A DNA stretch of 64,000 bases from Nitrospirales bacterium (GCA_965223295.1 CBDCWC010000002.1:1184001-1248000), one strand, 5' to 3'; numbered from the stretch's first letter, positions 18,767 through 28,820 are shown. Made by a program: numbers and translations. The notes: generated from the letters alone by a model not told the origin.

Positions 18767-20867
18767 GTGGCAACCTCACAACTTCAATGGCTTGAATTTT
18801 TGTTTTTGGATCTAACTCATTTGGCGACAACACGGCCAAGGCATGAATCCCTGGCGACACGAGTCGATACAACTGAGATCTGATCGACTGGGAACATAAA
18901 ACAATTGGTTGATATCCCTGACTGACGACTCGCTCAATGGCCTGCCGCACAGCCACAATGACTTCATTGAAAAGATTAGGTGATAATCCCGGTTGTTCCA
19001 CACCACTGGGCTTAATCGCTTCAGTTAACCGGCGGTCTAACATCGGGTCTAAACTCACAACGTGCACATACCCATCGGCATTGGCATATTGGGTGGAGAT
19101 CGTTCTAGATAAATTTTGCCGGGCATATTCCGTCAGGGTGTCAGGATCTTTACTCACAGTGGTGTAATCCGCGACAGTCTCCAAAATCGTGCGTAAATCC
19201 CGTATGGAAACTCGTTCACGTAGAAGATTTCTTAAGATTCTCACCACAACTCCTAACGTTAATTGGGTGGGGATAAGCTCATCCACCACCTTGGGATACG
19301 TCTTAGCCAAGTTATCCAGCAAATTCTGGGCCTCTTGGCGACCCAGCAATTCATGCCCATTAGTTTTAATGAGTTCCGTTAAATGTGTTGCGATAATGGC
19401 CGGACCATCCACGACTGTATAGCCCTCCATTTGCGCCCGTTCTTTCTCAGTGGGTGCGATCCACACGGCCGGCAACCCAAAACAGGGATCCTGTCCAGGC
19501 TTGCCTTCTAATCCCTTTCTGGCATGTCCAGGATTGATAGCCAATAAATGCCTCGGAACCAATTCGCCTTTGGCTATTTGAATACCTTTGAGCAAAATAC
19601 TGTATTCATGAGGTTTCAGCTGGAGGTTATCTCGAATATGCACCGAAGGCACCACGAAGCCCATATCTAAAGCCGTCTGCTTGCGAATGGCTCGAATACG
19701 CTCTAAGAGCTCACCGCCTTGCGCATGGTCGACAAACGGCACCAGACCGTACCCTACATGGAGTTCTAACAAATCAGGAGGCGCAACCGTATCCACAGAT
19801 TCCGTGGCAGGGGCTTCGGATTTCTCAGGATGGGCAATTGCCCCTTTTTGAGGACTCGCCGCTTCCTCCAGCACAGTCTGCTTACGATTCCAAAGCACGT
19901 ATGCGACACCAGCTGTCATGGCTCCAAGCAGCAAAAAGGCCAGATGAGGCAAGCCCGGCAATAACCCCAGAAAAACTAACATGGCTGCAACAGCGGCAAC
20001 CAAATGGGGATTGAAAAAAATTTGCTCGGTTAAGTCCCGACCGAGACTCGTCGTCGTGGAAACCCTAGTGATAATGATACCGGCTGCAGTGGACATAATG
20101 AGCGCCGGAATTTGCGCTACAATAGCATCCCCGACCGTTAAGAGCGTAAACCGTTTAGCCGCCGCCACAACCGACATGTTATGCTCCATGACTCCGATCG
20201 TTAAGCCTCCTAGCACATTGATAAAGATTATCAACAGCGCAGCTACAGCATCGCCTCGAACGAATTTACTCGCACCATCCATCGAACCATAAAAATCAGC
20301 TTCTTGCGAGATCATTTCCCGTCGCTTCCGGGCTTCCGCTTCGTCAATAATTCCTGCATTGAGATCCGCATCAATACTCATTTGCCGGCCCGGCATCGCG
20401 TCTAACGTAAATCGCGCGGCGACTTCGGCGATACGCGTCGCACCCTTGGTAATCACCACAAAATTAATAATGACCAAGATAGAAAACACCACGATACCAA
20501 CGGCAAAATTTCCGCCTACAACAAATTCACCAAAGACACGAATCACTTCTCCTGCTGCCGCCGGCCCTTCATTGCCATGCAACAAAATGGCTCTGGTCGA
20601 GGCAATATTCAACGCTAACCGGTATAGGGTCGTGAGTAGAACTATTGAAGGGAACACCGAAAACTCTGCAGGACGCCCTGAATGCATCGTGACGAGCAAA
20701 ATTAACATTGCCAAGGTGATGCTAAACGACAAAAACAAATCCAGCATGAAGGAGGGGAGCGGCAGGAGCATCAGCAGCAGAAGACCGACGACACCGACTG
20801 GCAGCAGCACATCTCCATAGTGTGCTGGCATCATTTCATTTTTGAATCGTTCGCTATCAAACGCCAT
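18747..20867 (-). CDS. flhA: Flagellar export gate protein FlhA
   Basis: RIAEVAARFTLDAMPGRQMSIDADLNAG, EADFYGSMDGASKFVRGDA. Confidence 0.97.
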   Translation of the reverse strand: MAFDSERFKNEMMPAHYGDVLLPVGVVGLLLLMLLPLPSFMLDLFLSFSITLAMLILLVTMHSGRPAEFSVFPSIVLLTTLYRLALNIASTRAILLHGNEGPAAAGEVIRVFGEFVVGGNFAVGIVVFSILVIINFVVITKGATRIAEVAARFTLDAMPGRQMSIDADLNAGIIDEAEARKRREMISQEADFYGSMDGASKFVRGDAVAALLIIFINVLGGLTIGVMEHNMSVVAAAKRFTLLTVGDAIVAQIPALIMSTAAGIIITRVSTTTSLGRDLTEQIFFNPHLVAAVAAMLVFLGLLPGLPHLAFLLLGAMTAGVAYVLWNRKQTVLEEAASPQKGAIAHPEKSEAPATESVDTVAPPDLLELHVGYGLVPFVDHAQGGELLERIRAIRKQTALDMGFVVPSVHIRDNLQLKPHEYSILLKGIQIAKGELVPRHLLAINPGHARKGLEGKPGQDPCFGLPAVWIAPTEKERAQMEGYTVVDGPAIIATHLTELIKTNGHELLGRQEAQNLLDNLAKTYPKVVDELIPTQLTLGVVVRILRNLLRERVSIRDLRTILETVADYTTVSKDPDTLTEYARQNLSRTISTQYANADGYVHVVSLDPMLDRRLTEAIKPSGVEQPGLSPNLFNEVIVAVRQAIERVVSQGYQPIVLCSQSIRSQLYRLVSPGIHALAVLSPNELDPKTKIQAIEVVRLPHEIKTV

Positions 20868-20875
20868 AAGTATCT

Positions 20876-21955
20876 CTAGCTAGCCTGTTCTTGTGGATTT
20901 CGTAGACGATAAACATAGGCCAACACCTCCGCCGCCGCTTGATAGAGCGCCGCAGGAATTTCTTGTCCTACCTTCGTGGCTTTAAATAAACCACGAGCCA
21001 GACTCCGATTTTCTAGTATCGGCACGCTCGAATGACGGGCAATTTGCTTGATCTTCTCGGCCATAAATCCAGCACCTTTGGCCACAACCACAGGCGCATC
21101 CATACTCGCCGTGTCATAGCGAAGAGCGACTGCCACGTGCGTCGGATTGGTAATCACAACATCGGCTTGTGGAACAGCTTGCAACATGCGCTGGCGCGAC
21201 CGTTCCCGCTGCAAGCTCAATCGACGAGAGCGAATTTGCGGATCCCCTTCGACATCTTTCGATTCATCTTTCACTTCCTGCTTCGTCATTTTTAAATCTT
21301 CGGTGTGCTGCCACTTTTGGTAAATGAAATCGATAATGGCTAATATGAGTAACGCTCCGCCGACAGACCATACAATATTTTGTACCAAACCCCAGGTCTG
21401 GGAAATCGACCCGGATATTCCCAAAATGGGAAACTGGACAAGGTATTGGAGACCTTGGGACAGCACAAAGTAGATAATCCCGGCCACCATACTGATCTTG
21501 AGAATGGACTTGAGAAGTTCAGCGATGCCTTTCCAAGAAAACAGCCGTTTCACACCATTCATGGGATTTAATTTCGATGGTTTGGGCTTAATGCCTTCTT
21601 CAACCCATAAAAACCCTGTTTGCATAAGAATCGCCCCTAATGCCAAGACAGCGACAATCAAGACAAAAGGAATAAGAGGCACAAAGGCTTGATTGGTAAT
21701 GTTGGTGAAGAGGATATGGATCGTCCGCTGATCAATCTGTAGCGTCCCTGCCTGCTCAAACCAGTAACGATAATGCCCGGAGAATTCTCGCAGAAATTGA
21801 GGAGCCCAGAGAGAAATGGCGCCAACGCCGCCGAGCAACACAAACAAGGGTGGCAGCTCGCGCGTCATGGGCACTTGCCCTTTTCGGCGCGCCTCGGCTA
21901 ACTTTTTGCTAGTAGGTTGTTCAGATTTTTCTCCCCCGTCTTTGTTCTCAGCCAT
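20876..21955 (-). CDS. flhB: Flagellar export protein FlhB
   Basis: ARRKGQV, KMTKQEVKDE, ITNPTH autocleavage motif. Confidence 0.97.
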   Translation of the reverse strand: MAENKDGGEKSEQPTSKKLAEARRKGQVPMTRELPPLFVLLGGVGAISLWAPQFLREFSGHYRYWFEQAGTLQIDQRTIHILFTNITNQAFVPLIPFVLIVAVLALGAILMQTGFLWVEEGIKPKPSKLNPMNGVKRLFSWKGIAELLKSILKISMVAGIIYFVLSQGLQYLVQFPILGISGSISQTWGLVQNIVWSVGGALLILAIIDFIYQKWQHTEDLKMTKQEVKDESKDVEGDPQIRSRRLSLQRERSRQRMLQAVPQADVVITNPTHVAVALRYDTASMDAPVVVAKGAGFMAEKIKQIARHSSVPILENRSLARGLFKATKVGQEIPAALYQAAAEVLAYVYRLRNPQEQAS

Positions 21956-22733
21956 CGCCTAATCCCTGCAAAAGTTCCCAGAGAATAGTTTCCATTTCCA
22001 GCACGGATTGTTGAAACACCAACGCAATGAACGGCAATCCAAGCCCCAAGACGATAAGACCCACCGAAATAGTGATGGGGAAACTGGTCAGTAAAATATT
22101 CATTTGTGGTACAAGGCGTCCCAGAAGCCCCATGGTAATATGCACAAGGAACGTGGCCGCCATCACCGGTAACGCCAGCCGCATCCCAATGTCATAAGTC
22201 CGTTGCATTAATCCAGTGACATCAGGGAGAAGTGGCGCACTCAAATGAGCACCAAACGGAGGAATGAGCTGGAAGCTACTCCCTAACGCTAAGAGCACCA
22301 ATAAGTGTCCGTCCACTTGAAAATATAAAAGAGTGGCCAGCACCGTCATCAGTTGACCAAAGACCGGTGTTTGGACCTGCGTGACCGGATCCAGAACATT
22401 GGCCATCGCAAATCCCACTTGAAATCCGAGAACATTTCCTGCCAGCTCGACCGCCGCCATGACCAACCGCATCGCCAACCCCAGTATCAATCCAACGAGT
22501 AATTCGGCCCCTACGGCCATCACCAAATATCCTGGCTCCAGCCAATTGGGATGAAGGGAAAATGTGACGACCGGGGTGAGAATCACGGAGACCGCTACGG
22601 CTAACCCAACTTTGATGCGCTGCGGGACTGTTCGACCTCCCAACAAAGGCAAGGCGGCCAAAATAGCCCCGGTTCGCACCAAGACCACAAGAAATTGCCA
22701 CACCTGTTGCATTGCGATATCCCATTGCAACAC
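21948..22733 (-). CDS. fliR: Flagellar export protein FliR
   Basis: ELLVGLILG, QVGF...DP, GLLGRLVPQMNI; position. Confidence 0.93.
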   Translation of the reverse strand: MLQWDIAMQQVWQFLVVLVRTGAILAALPLLGGRTVPQRIKVGLAVAVSVILTPVVTFSLHPNWLEPGYLVMAVGAELLVGLILGLAMRLVMAAVELAGNVLGFQVGFAMANVLDPVTQVQTPVFGQLMTVLATLLYFQVDGHLLVLLALGSSFQLIPPFGAHLSAPLLPDVTGLMQRTYDIGMRLALPVMAATFLVHITMGLLGRLVPQMNILLTSFPITISVGLIVLGLGLPFIALVFQQSVLEMETILWELLQGLGDG

Positions 22734-22762
22734 CGGTTACATCATTTCGTTCAACGAAAAAT

Positions 22763-22850
22763 CGTCAGGAGCAAGGGACAAGAGACGAGAAGAGATGTAC
22801 CATCTGCTATTCTTTTTACTTTTCACTTTTCACTCCTCGCTTCTTACTGT
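22763..22850. repeat. Heptamer element H (fliQ-fliR junction)
   Basis: cgtcagg agcaagg gacaaga gacgaga ... ttttact tttcact tttcact cctcgct tcttact, next to the fliQ stop. Confidence 0.8.
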
Positions 22851-22852
22851 CT

Positions 22853-23122
22853 TCACTGCGCCATCTGAGGAATTTGACCCCAAACACCGGTCATAAATCC
22901 CACAAGAATTTGTAGCATCCATGGGAACATGACTAACAACACAATGAACATGGTCATAATTTTTGGCAAAAAGGTCAGTGTCATTTCATTAATTTGAGTC
23001 ATGGCTTGAAATATACTGACCATCAAGCCTACGACTAAACTCAGCCCCAACATCGGCCCCGCCACGAATAAAATCGTTTTAATCGCTTCCTGTCCTACAG
23101 CCATCACACCTTCGGGAGTCAT
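22853..23122 (-). CDS. fliQ: Flagellar export protein FliQ
   Basis: VGLMVSIFQAMTQINEMTLTFLPK. Confidence 0.95.
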   Translation of the reverse strand: MTPEGVMAVGQEAIKTILFVAGPMLGLSLVVGLMVSIFQAMTQINEMTLTFLPKIMTMFIVLLVMFPWMLQILVGFMTGVWGQIPQMAQ

Positions 23123-23133
23123 GTCTTTATCCT

Positions 23134-23222
23134 TGTAAAAAGTGAAATGGGAGAAGTAAAAAAGTGACAGGTATTTGCTGTTCTTTCTTTACACTTTTTC
23201 CTTTTCCCTTCCACTCTCGTTA
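23134..23222. repeat. Heptamer element I (fliP-fliQ junction)
   Basis: tgtaaaa agtgaaa tgggaga agtaaaa ... ttacact ttttcct tttccct, next to the fliP stop. Confidence 0.7.
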
Positions 23223-24029
23223 TTATTGAAAACTGTTCATGAGTGAACCCACAACGAGAAACCACCCATCAGCCAGTACAAACAACACGAGCTTGAAGGG
23301 CAACGAAATCATGATTGGGGGGAGCATCATCATCCCCATAGACATCAAGGTACTTGCCACAATCATATCGATAACGAGAAAGGGTACATAAATTAAAAAC
23401 CCAATCTGAAAAGCAGTTCGCAATTCGCTCGTCACAAATGCAGGCACCAGCACATGAAACGGGACATCTTTCACGGTCTGAGGGTCGGGAATTTTTCCCA
23501 TACTCATAAACATGCCCAAGTCTTTTTCTCTCACTTGTTTCAACATAAACTCACGAATCGGCTCCATGGCCTTCTGCATCGCAACTTCTTGCGTCACCTG
23601 ATTTTCTAAAAATGGATTCAGCGCTTCTGTTCGGACCTGTTCCCACACCGGCATCATGATGAAGAGCGTTAAGAATAAGGCCAATCCAATCATGACTTGA
23701 TTGGGAGGCGCATGAATGGTCCCCAAGGCTTGCCGAAGAAGACCCAAAACAATCACGACTCGCGTAAAAGACGTCACCAGCATCAACAAAGCCGGTGCTA
23801 ACGTTAAAACTGTCAGCATGAACAGAATGCGTATGCCAAAAGTCCATGGTTCGGTCGCATCTAAACCAGATACTTGCAAACTAATCGTGGGATCCTTTGT
23901 TCCTTGGGCAAATACATCGGTCACTGGACTCATCAAATCATTCATCAAGAACACAAAACAGAAAGTCAGGCCCCCTGTTCTTTTGGATAACCAAGCCTGC
24001 CTGAACGCATTCAAATGTTTCATGAGCAT
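23223..24029 (-). CDS. fliP: Flagellar export protein FliP
   Basis: TSFTRVVIVL, PPNQV, PAFVTSEL, MGMMMLPPIMISLPFKL. Confidence 0.97.
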   Translation of the reverse strand: MLMKHLNAFRQAWLSKRTGGLTFCFVFLMNDLMSPVTDVFAQGTKDPTISLQVSGLDATEPWTFGIRILFMLTVLTLAPALLMLVTSFTRVVIVLGLLRQALGTIHAPPNQVMIGLALFLTLFIMMPVWEQVRTEALNPFLENQVTQEVAMQKAMEPIREFMLKQVREKDLGMFMSMGKIPDPQTVKDVPFHVLVPAFVTSELRTAFQIGFLIYVPFLVIDMIVASTLMSMGMMMLPPIMISLPFKLVLFVLADGWFLVVGSLMNSFQ

Positions 24030-24427
24030 TTAGAGAGCCGAGTGGCAGAAGTGTGAGATAAAGACTCAGGCTCGCCCTTCCCTGAATTTTTCTGTGACCA
24101 TTGACCTATCCATTCTCCAATACGACCGACCACAGGATCAGCTTGCACTCGCACCTGCATAGCTCGTTCCTTATCAGCGATCTTAGTCAACAAGATCATG
24201 TCCCTAGCAGTTGTGCCTAAGACTAAAACCTCACCAGCCACATCAACCAACATGATTTGTTTTCCCGTTCCGATTCGAAGACCGCCTAACACACGCATAA
24301 GAGGTTCGCCGCTCTTCCCGGCATGTTCTCCAAACATTCGCCGTACCCAAGCTAATCCGCCCAGCAGGATCAGTACAACTAAAGCTAAAGCTCCAGCCAT
24401 TTTCAGTACTTCATGTGTAAAATCCAT
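24020..24427 (-). CDS. fliO: Flagellar protein FliO
   Basis: Single TM then IMLVDVAGEVLVLGTT; between fliN and fliP. Confidence 0.82.
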   Translation of the reverse strand: MDFTHEVLKMAGALALVVLILLGGLAWVRRMFGEHAGKSGEPLMRVLGGLRIGTGKQIMLVDVAGEVLVLGTTARDMILLTKIADKERAMQVRVQADPVVGRIGEWIGQWSQKNSGKGEPESLSHTSATRLSKCS

Positions 24428-24474
24428 TTTTTCCTTTAGAGATAGAGCGTGGACCAGCTTACGTCCTTAAGTCT

Positions 24475-24891
24475 TTATCCAAGTTTATTCACCCGTTCCG
24501 TTGCACTAATCACATCCGTCAGACGAATGCCAAATTTTTCGTTGACCATGACGACTTCTCCCCGTGCCACAAGACGCTCATTCACCAATACCTCTAACGG
24601 CTCACCGGCTAACTTATCGAGTTCCACAATAGACCCTGGACCAAGCTGCAATAAATCTTTAATCAACATTCTGGTATTACCCAATTGCGCCGATAACACC
24701 AGCGGGATATCTAATATTCGATCAAGGTTTGAATTTTGCGGAGCCGACAATTCCGGGACAGCTGGAGGCGGGGGGGGAGGTGGCGGAGACGATACCTCCT
24801 CACCTTTTCCAGCCGCTTCCTGAGCCAGAGCCTCCATCATTTCCTTCTCGGCATCAAATGTATCCATATCTACATTGTCATCATCACTCAT
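24475..24891 (-). CDS. fliN: Flagellar motor switch protein FliN
   Basis: ILDIPL, LDKLAGEPL, ARGEVVMVNEKFGIRLTD. Confidence 0.95.
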   Translation of the reverse strand: MSDDDNVDMDTFDAEKEMMEALAQEAAGKGEEVSSPPPPPPPPAVPELSAPQNSNLDRILDIPLVLSAQLGNTRMLIKDLLQLGPGSIVELDKLAGEPLEVLVNERLVARGEVVMVNEKFGIRLTDVISATERVNKLG

Positions 24892-24950
24892 GAGTCATCT
24901 CCATATTTTCAGAATATTCCCGTTCTCATTGACCATATTGAGACCCCGTC

Positions 24951-25934
24951 TTACTCCGGAACCTCCATGACTTGGTGAATTTGGAAGGATTGCATCCCCT
25001 TTGATGTTCCTGGAAACCCGAGAAATTTTGGTACACCCTCCACTGTCGCAGTTAATGGCTGTGAGGTCGTTTGATTTAAAGTAATGACATCACCTTCTGA
25101 AAAATTCATAAAATCTTCGACCGACAATTCGGCTTCTCCCAACTTGATCGAGATATTGACTGGGGCTTCCTTGAGTCTGCTAGAAAATCGCTTAATCCAC
25201 CCATGATCCAATTCATAAAAGTCACTTTGAAAGCTGACTTGCAACCGATCACGAATCGGTTCAAGCATGGCATAGGGAAGGCAGAGATGAAGATCTCCCA
25301 CCGAATTGCCGAGTTCAATGCCTAAGGTCACGACAATTACGACATCCGCTGGCAGTACGATCGAGGCCAACTGAGGGTTCATTTCTGCCCGCACAGCTTT
25401 GATGGCCACTTTCTGAACCGGCTCCCAGGCTTTCTGTAGATCCCTCAACCCCATGGCCATCACCTTGCGCATCACCCGCTGTTCAATCAGAGTAAAGTCT
25501 TGTCCTTCAGGTTTGACATGAGTTTGCCCCGCTCCACCAAAAAAGTGATCCACAAGAAGATAGACGGTTGCGGCATCAGTCGCGACCATGGCAGTCCCTC
25601 GCAAAGGCTCCATAGAAATAATTTGAAGATAGGCAGGAACGGGAAGACGTTTCGTGAATTCCCCGAACTTTTGGACGGTTTGGTTGGTGATTGTCACTTC
25701 AACCGTTTTTCGCAAGATGTCACTCAGGGCTAAACGAAAAAGCCGAGAAAACTGCTGGTGAATAACATCCAAGGTCGGCATGCGACCTCGGATCACCCAT
25801 TCCTGGTTTCCTAGATCGTAGGGAACGGGCCCGTCTTGAGGTTCTTCAGCCTCAGGCGCTTCAGTTTCAACATCCCCATCCGACACGCCACGAAGGAGGG
25901 CATCGACTTCATCTTGGCTAAGAATTTTTTCCAT
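24951..25934 (-). CDS. fliM: Flagellar motor switch protein FliM
   Basis: N-terminal ILSQDEVDALL, FFGG.G, FTLIE, LCLPYAMLEPI. Confidence 0.96.
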   Translation of the reverse strand: MEKILSQDEVDALLRGVSDGDVETEAPEAEEPQDGPVPYDLGNQEWVIRGRMPTLDVIHQQFSRLFRLALSDILRKTVEVTITNQTVQKFGEFTKRLPVPAYLQIISMEPLRGTAMVATDAATVYLLVDHFFGGAGQTHVKPEGQDFTLIEQRVMRKVMAMGLRDLQKAWEPVQKVAIKAVRAEMNPQLASIVLPADVVIVVTLGIELGNSVGDLHLCLPYAMLEPIRDRLQVSFQSDFYELDHGWIKRFSSRLKEAPVNISIKLGEAELSVEDFMNFSEGDVITLNQTTSQPLTATVEGVPKFLGFPGTSKGMQSFQIHQVMEVPE

Positions 25935-26013
25935 AAAATATATCGAATGGCAATCAAGTAAACGGTTCTATCCCTTTACACTCCTGCCTCATCACGACTC
26001 CTATTTCATGACT

Positions 26014-26511
26014 TCACTGGATAATAAAGTCCGTAAAGAACACATTGGAGATCTTACCCTTGCTCATCACTCCATTAACCCGCTTCATAATTTCTTCTCG
26101 AATTCTCCGCTTTCCATTCACAGTTCGTAATAGTTGCGACTCCTTGCTGCTTAACAAAACCAGCAAGGCATCTCGGATAGCTGGAACCTTATTTTGATAG
26201 TCAGTTTTTTCTTCCGGTCGATCTAATTCCAATTTTATGCTGACTTTGAGAAATCGAAGTTCATCTCGATCGGCCAAGTTCAACAAAAACGGATCAAGCT
26301 CCATTACTGGACCAGGTTCTTCAGCGTGCTCGTCATCATGTCCCGCTGAAGCATGCTTCTCCCCTTCTTCTTTCTTATCTCCGCCCATAAAATACCACGC
26401 GGCTCCCCCGCCACCACCAAGAAGCAGAACTCCAACAAGACCTAACACCATCATTTTCTTTCCTGAGCCCGCTTTTACTGGCGCTTCTTCTGCGGCAGAT
26501 TCGTCAGCCAT
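26014..26511 (-). CDS. fliL: Flagellar basal body protein FliL
   Basis: Single TM, FLLNLAD, IRDALLVLLS, VFFTDFIIQ. Confidence 0.92.
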   Translation of the reverse strand: MADESAAEEAPVKAGSGKKMMVLGLVGVLLLGGGGGAAWYFMGGDKKEEGEKHASAGHDDEHAEEPGPVMELDPFLLNLADRDELRFLKVSIKLELDRPEEKTDYQNKVPAIRDALLVLLSSKESQLLRTVNGKRRIREEIMKRVNGVMSKGKISNVFFTDFIIQ

Positions 26512-26566
26512 ACAATAACCTCACATGGAAAATTTTTATTGAGCCCAACACTCCTCTTACAAACTC

Positions 26567-26582
26567 AGCAACCTCTATGCCA
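26567..26582 (-). promoter_or_regulatory. sigma54 -24/-12 promoter upstream of fliL
   Basis: Minus strand TGGCATAGAGGTTGCT (GG-N10-GC). Confidence 0.8.
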
Positions 26583-26884
26583 CTGAAAGTTGTCTGTTCA
26601 CTGATGTGTTTCTGAACAACATTTTCCAGTAAAAATAGGGAGTTCGACTATCGCCTTCATGTATATTTCTCCTTTCGTTACAAAGGATTCGAAGTACGAT
26701 TTCGTCAGTTTCCTGGCGTTTCGCTGGAAGCTTTGACGCTCTGAGCTCGATGAGTCCAACTGTCTTGTATGGGAAAAATATTCCTAGCGCCCCCTCATAA
26801 TTTGATCAAAACGTCCGAAAAGCCCTCTATATTCAGAAAATTGTTAGACGGACATTTCACACAAAAAGAAGTCTTTCTAAGACC

Positions 26885-27370
26885 ATGGACGGTTCTTACG
26901 CAGTCACCGCTGCGATCATTGAACAGATATCCCCTGCCAGAACGGCACTGCATCAACTGCTCACGCACATGGGACTCCGTGACATCTTCACTTCTGATAA
27001 GATCGGCCCTTGCTCGTCGACCGATCTCCTCTTTCAATATTCTTTGATCTTTGTCGGATGGCAGATGTGGGATGACATCAAATCCTCATTCCTCCATTCT
27101 CTTTATCAAACACCATCGGAAGACAAACCCAAAATTCTTCTCTTCCTCTCAAGCAACGACCCGCTCGATGTCCTTGAAGCTCTTCAAATGGGCATAGATG
27201 GGTATATCACCTACCCTTTTTCGCTTCATAATGTCCGCCAGAAAATTCATACTGTTCTTCCTCACCATAGGCTTCCAGAGGATTATGTTCCTGACTCAAA
27301 TGCATGGGACCGTGCACCCCATAAAAAAACCCTCAGCCAGCAAACGCCAACTGAGGGTTTTTCATTGTAG
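26885..27370 (+). CDS. Degenerate CheY-like receiver-domain protein
   Basis: LIFVGWQM (Gly at the Asp site), VLEALQMGIDGYITYPFS (Tyr at the Lys site) follow the REC fold pattern. Confidence 0.6.
   Translation: MDGSYAVTAAIIEQISPARTALHQLLTHMGLRDIFTSDKIGPCSSTDLLFQYSLIFVGWQMWDDIKSSFLHSLYQTPSEDKPKILLFLSSNDPLDVLEALQMGIDGYITYPFSLHNVRQKIHTVLPHHRLPEDYVPDSNAWDRAPHKKTLSQQTPTEGFSL
27323..27362. terminator. Hairpin with A/T tails, likely the flgE terminator (possibly bidirectional)
   Basis: aaaaaaaccctcag...ctgagggttttt. Confidence 0.7.
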
Positions 27371-27384
27371 AATAAACTGACAAA

Positions 27385-28761
27385 CTATCGAGCGAGATTC
27401 ACCAATTCCCCTAGCAAATCATTAGTGGTCGTGATAATTCGTGAATTGGCTTGAAATCCCCGCTGCATGGTAATCATATCCACGAGCTCATCACCTAAAT
27501 CCACGTTTGACGTTTCCAACGTACTGGCGGAAACTTTCCCGAAGGAACCCGATCCCGGTGCTCCAACTAATGGGGTTCCGGAATCGCCGGATTGAATAAA
27601 CAAGTTCCGTCCTATCGGCTGCAACCCATCTGGATTGATAAAACGGGTCAATGCCACTTGCCCAAGAGCCTGAGTCGTGCCGTTGGAAAACCGCCCGGTA
27701 ATTACGCCATCTTCTCCAATAGAGGTTCCGGTAAGCGTTCCATTGGCAAAACCATCTTGAGACAAGGTTAAGAGGACGGATGGCGATCCTTGCTGTAACA
27801 TACCATCTGTCCCGGTTCCCCCATCGGTGGTAATGCTGGTACCGAAATCAAACGCAATTTGTTGATCAGGCGTGGGAGCCGTTGGAAAAGTCGATCCTGC
27901 AGGACTGGTAAAATCAATACCAGTTCCACCAGCATTAAAATACGAAACAGCGCTCTCGGTATCTAGTAAACCTTCCCCGTTGAACACAAGCGTTCCCTGG
28001 GCAACAAGAGCGTTACCGGTAAGAGGATCGGAATTCCCTGCTGAAACGGTCACTTCGGTATCTTGAGCAATCGCACTGTAGGTCCATGTATTTGCCGCTG
28101 TTTTGGTAAAATACACTGTGAGGTCATGTCCCGTCCCTTGACTATCAAAGACTCGAATACCAGTACTAAATTGGGAGATCGCTGGATTTGAGGGATCTGC
28201 TAGAAGCTGCGCAGTCGTGGGTGCAGGACTAGCTGCAACTGAGTTAGATAACAAATTTCCGCTCATTTCCACTTCCGTGGTAGGTGACCCAGATTGTTGG
28301 GTTGTGGTAAGTACCATATCACCTAGCGTTCCTAAAATCGTTCCAGTGATGCCGTCTGCCTGGAAACCCTGAAGCCGTAAACCAGCAGGATTCACAATAT
28401 TTCCATTTGAATCAATATTGAATTGTCCGGCTCGAGAAAAAAACGTGTTTCCTGCAGTATCTCTGATTTGAAAAAACCCGTCGCCATCAATGGCCAAATC
28501 TAGGGCATTCGAAGTTGTTTGAAGGGATCCCTGAGTAAAACTGGGATCGATACCTAGTACCCTTACCCCACGGCCTTCAACTAAAGCCGTACTAGTCCCA
28601 CCACCGCCGATCGTCGCGCCAAACAAATCACCAAAAGAAACTGACCGGCTTTTGTACCCGACGGTCTGTGCATTGGCGATATTATTCCCGATTTCACTGA
28701 GTGCCCGACTCGTTGCATTAATTCCGCTTGTCGCTGCAAAAAATGCTGATGTAATGCCCAT
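27385..28761 (-). CDS. flgE: Flagellar hook protein FlgE
   Basis: IGNNIANAQTVGYK, LDLAIDGDGFF, FSRAGQF, LETSNVDL, QRGFQANSRII; 458 aa. Confidence 0.95.
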   Translation of the reverse strand: MGITSAFFAATSGINATSRALSEIGNNIANAQTVGYKSRSVSFGDLFGATIGGGGTSTALVEGRGVRVLGIDPSFTQGSLQTTSNALDLAIDGDGFFQIRDTAGNTFFSRAGQFNIDSNGNIVNPAGLRLQGFQADGITGTILGTLGDMVLTTTQQSGSPTTEVEMSGNLLSNSVAASPAPTTAQLLADPSNPAISQFSTGIRVFDSQGTGHDLTVYFTKTAANTWTYSAIAQDTEVTVSAGNSDPLTGNALVAQGTLVFNGEGLLDTESAVSYFNAGGTGIDFTSPAGSTFPTAPTPDQQIAFDFGTSITTDGGTGTDGMLQQGSPSVLLTLSQDGFANGTLTGTSIGEDGVITGRFSNGTTQALGQVALTRFINPDGLQPIGRNLFIQSGDSGTPLVGAPGSGSFGKVSASTLETSNVDLGDELVDMITMQRGFQANSRIITTTNDLLGELVNLAR

Positions 28762-28820
28762 TGATCATGACTCCTTTGTTACGAGCATTTCGGACATCCA
28801 TGTTCGGCATGCTGCTGGGG

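Noticed and set aside
310-23222. Intergenic repeats as a CRISPR array
   Set aside because: No identical direct repeats with unique spacers and no cas genes; units are 7-nt and degenerate.
24770-24777. G8 tract in fliN as a phase-variation switch
   Set aside because: Short tract explained by a polyproline linker; frame is intact.
26769-27047. Frameshifted N-terminus of the receiver-like gene
   Set aside because: No recognisable domain; the 26885 ORF already covers a full receiver-length fold.
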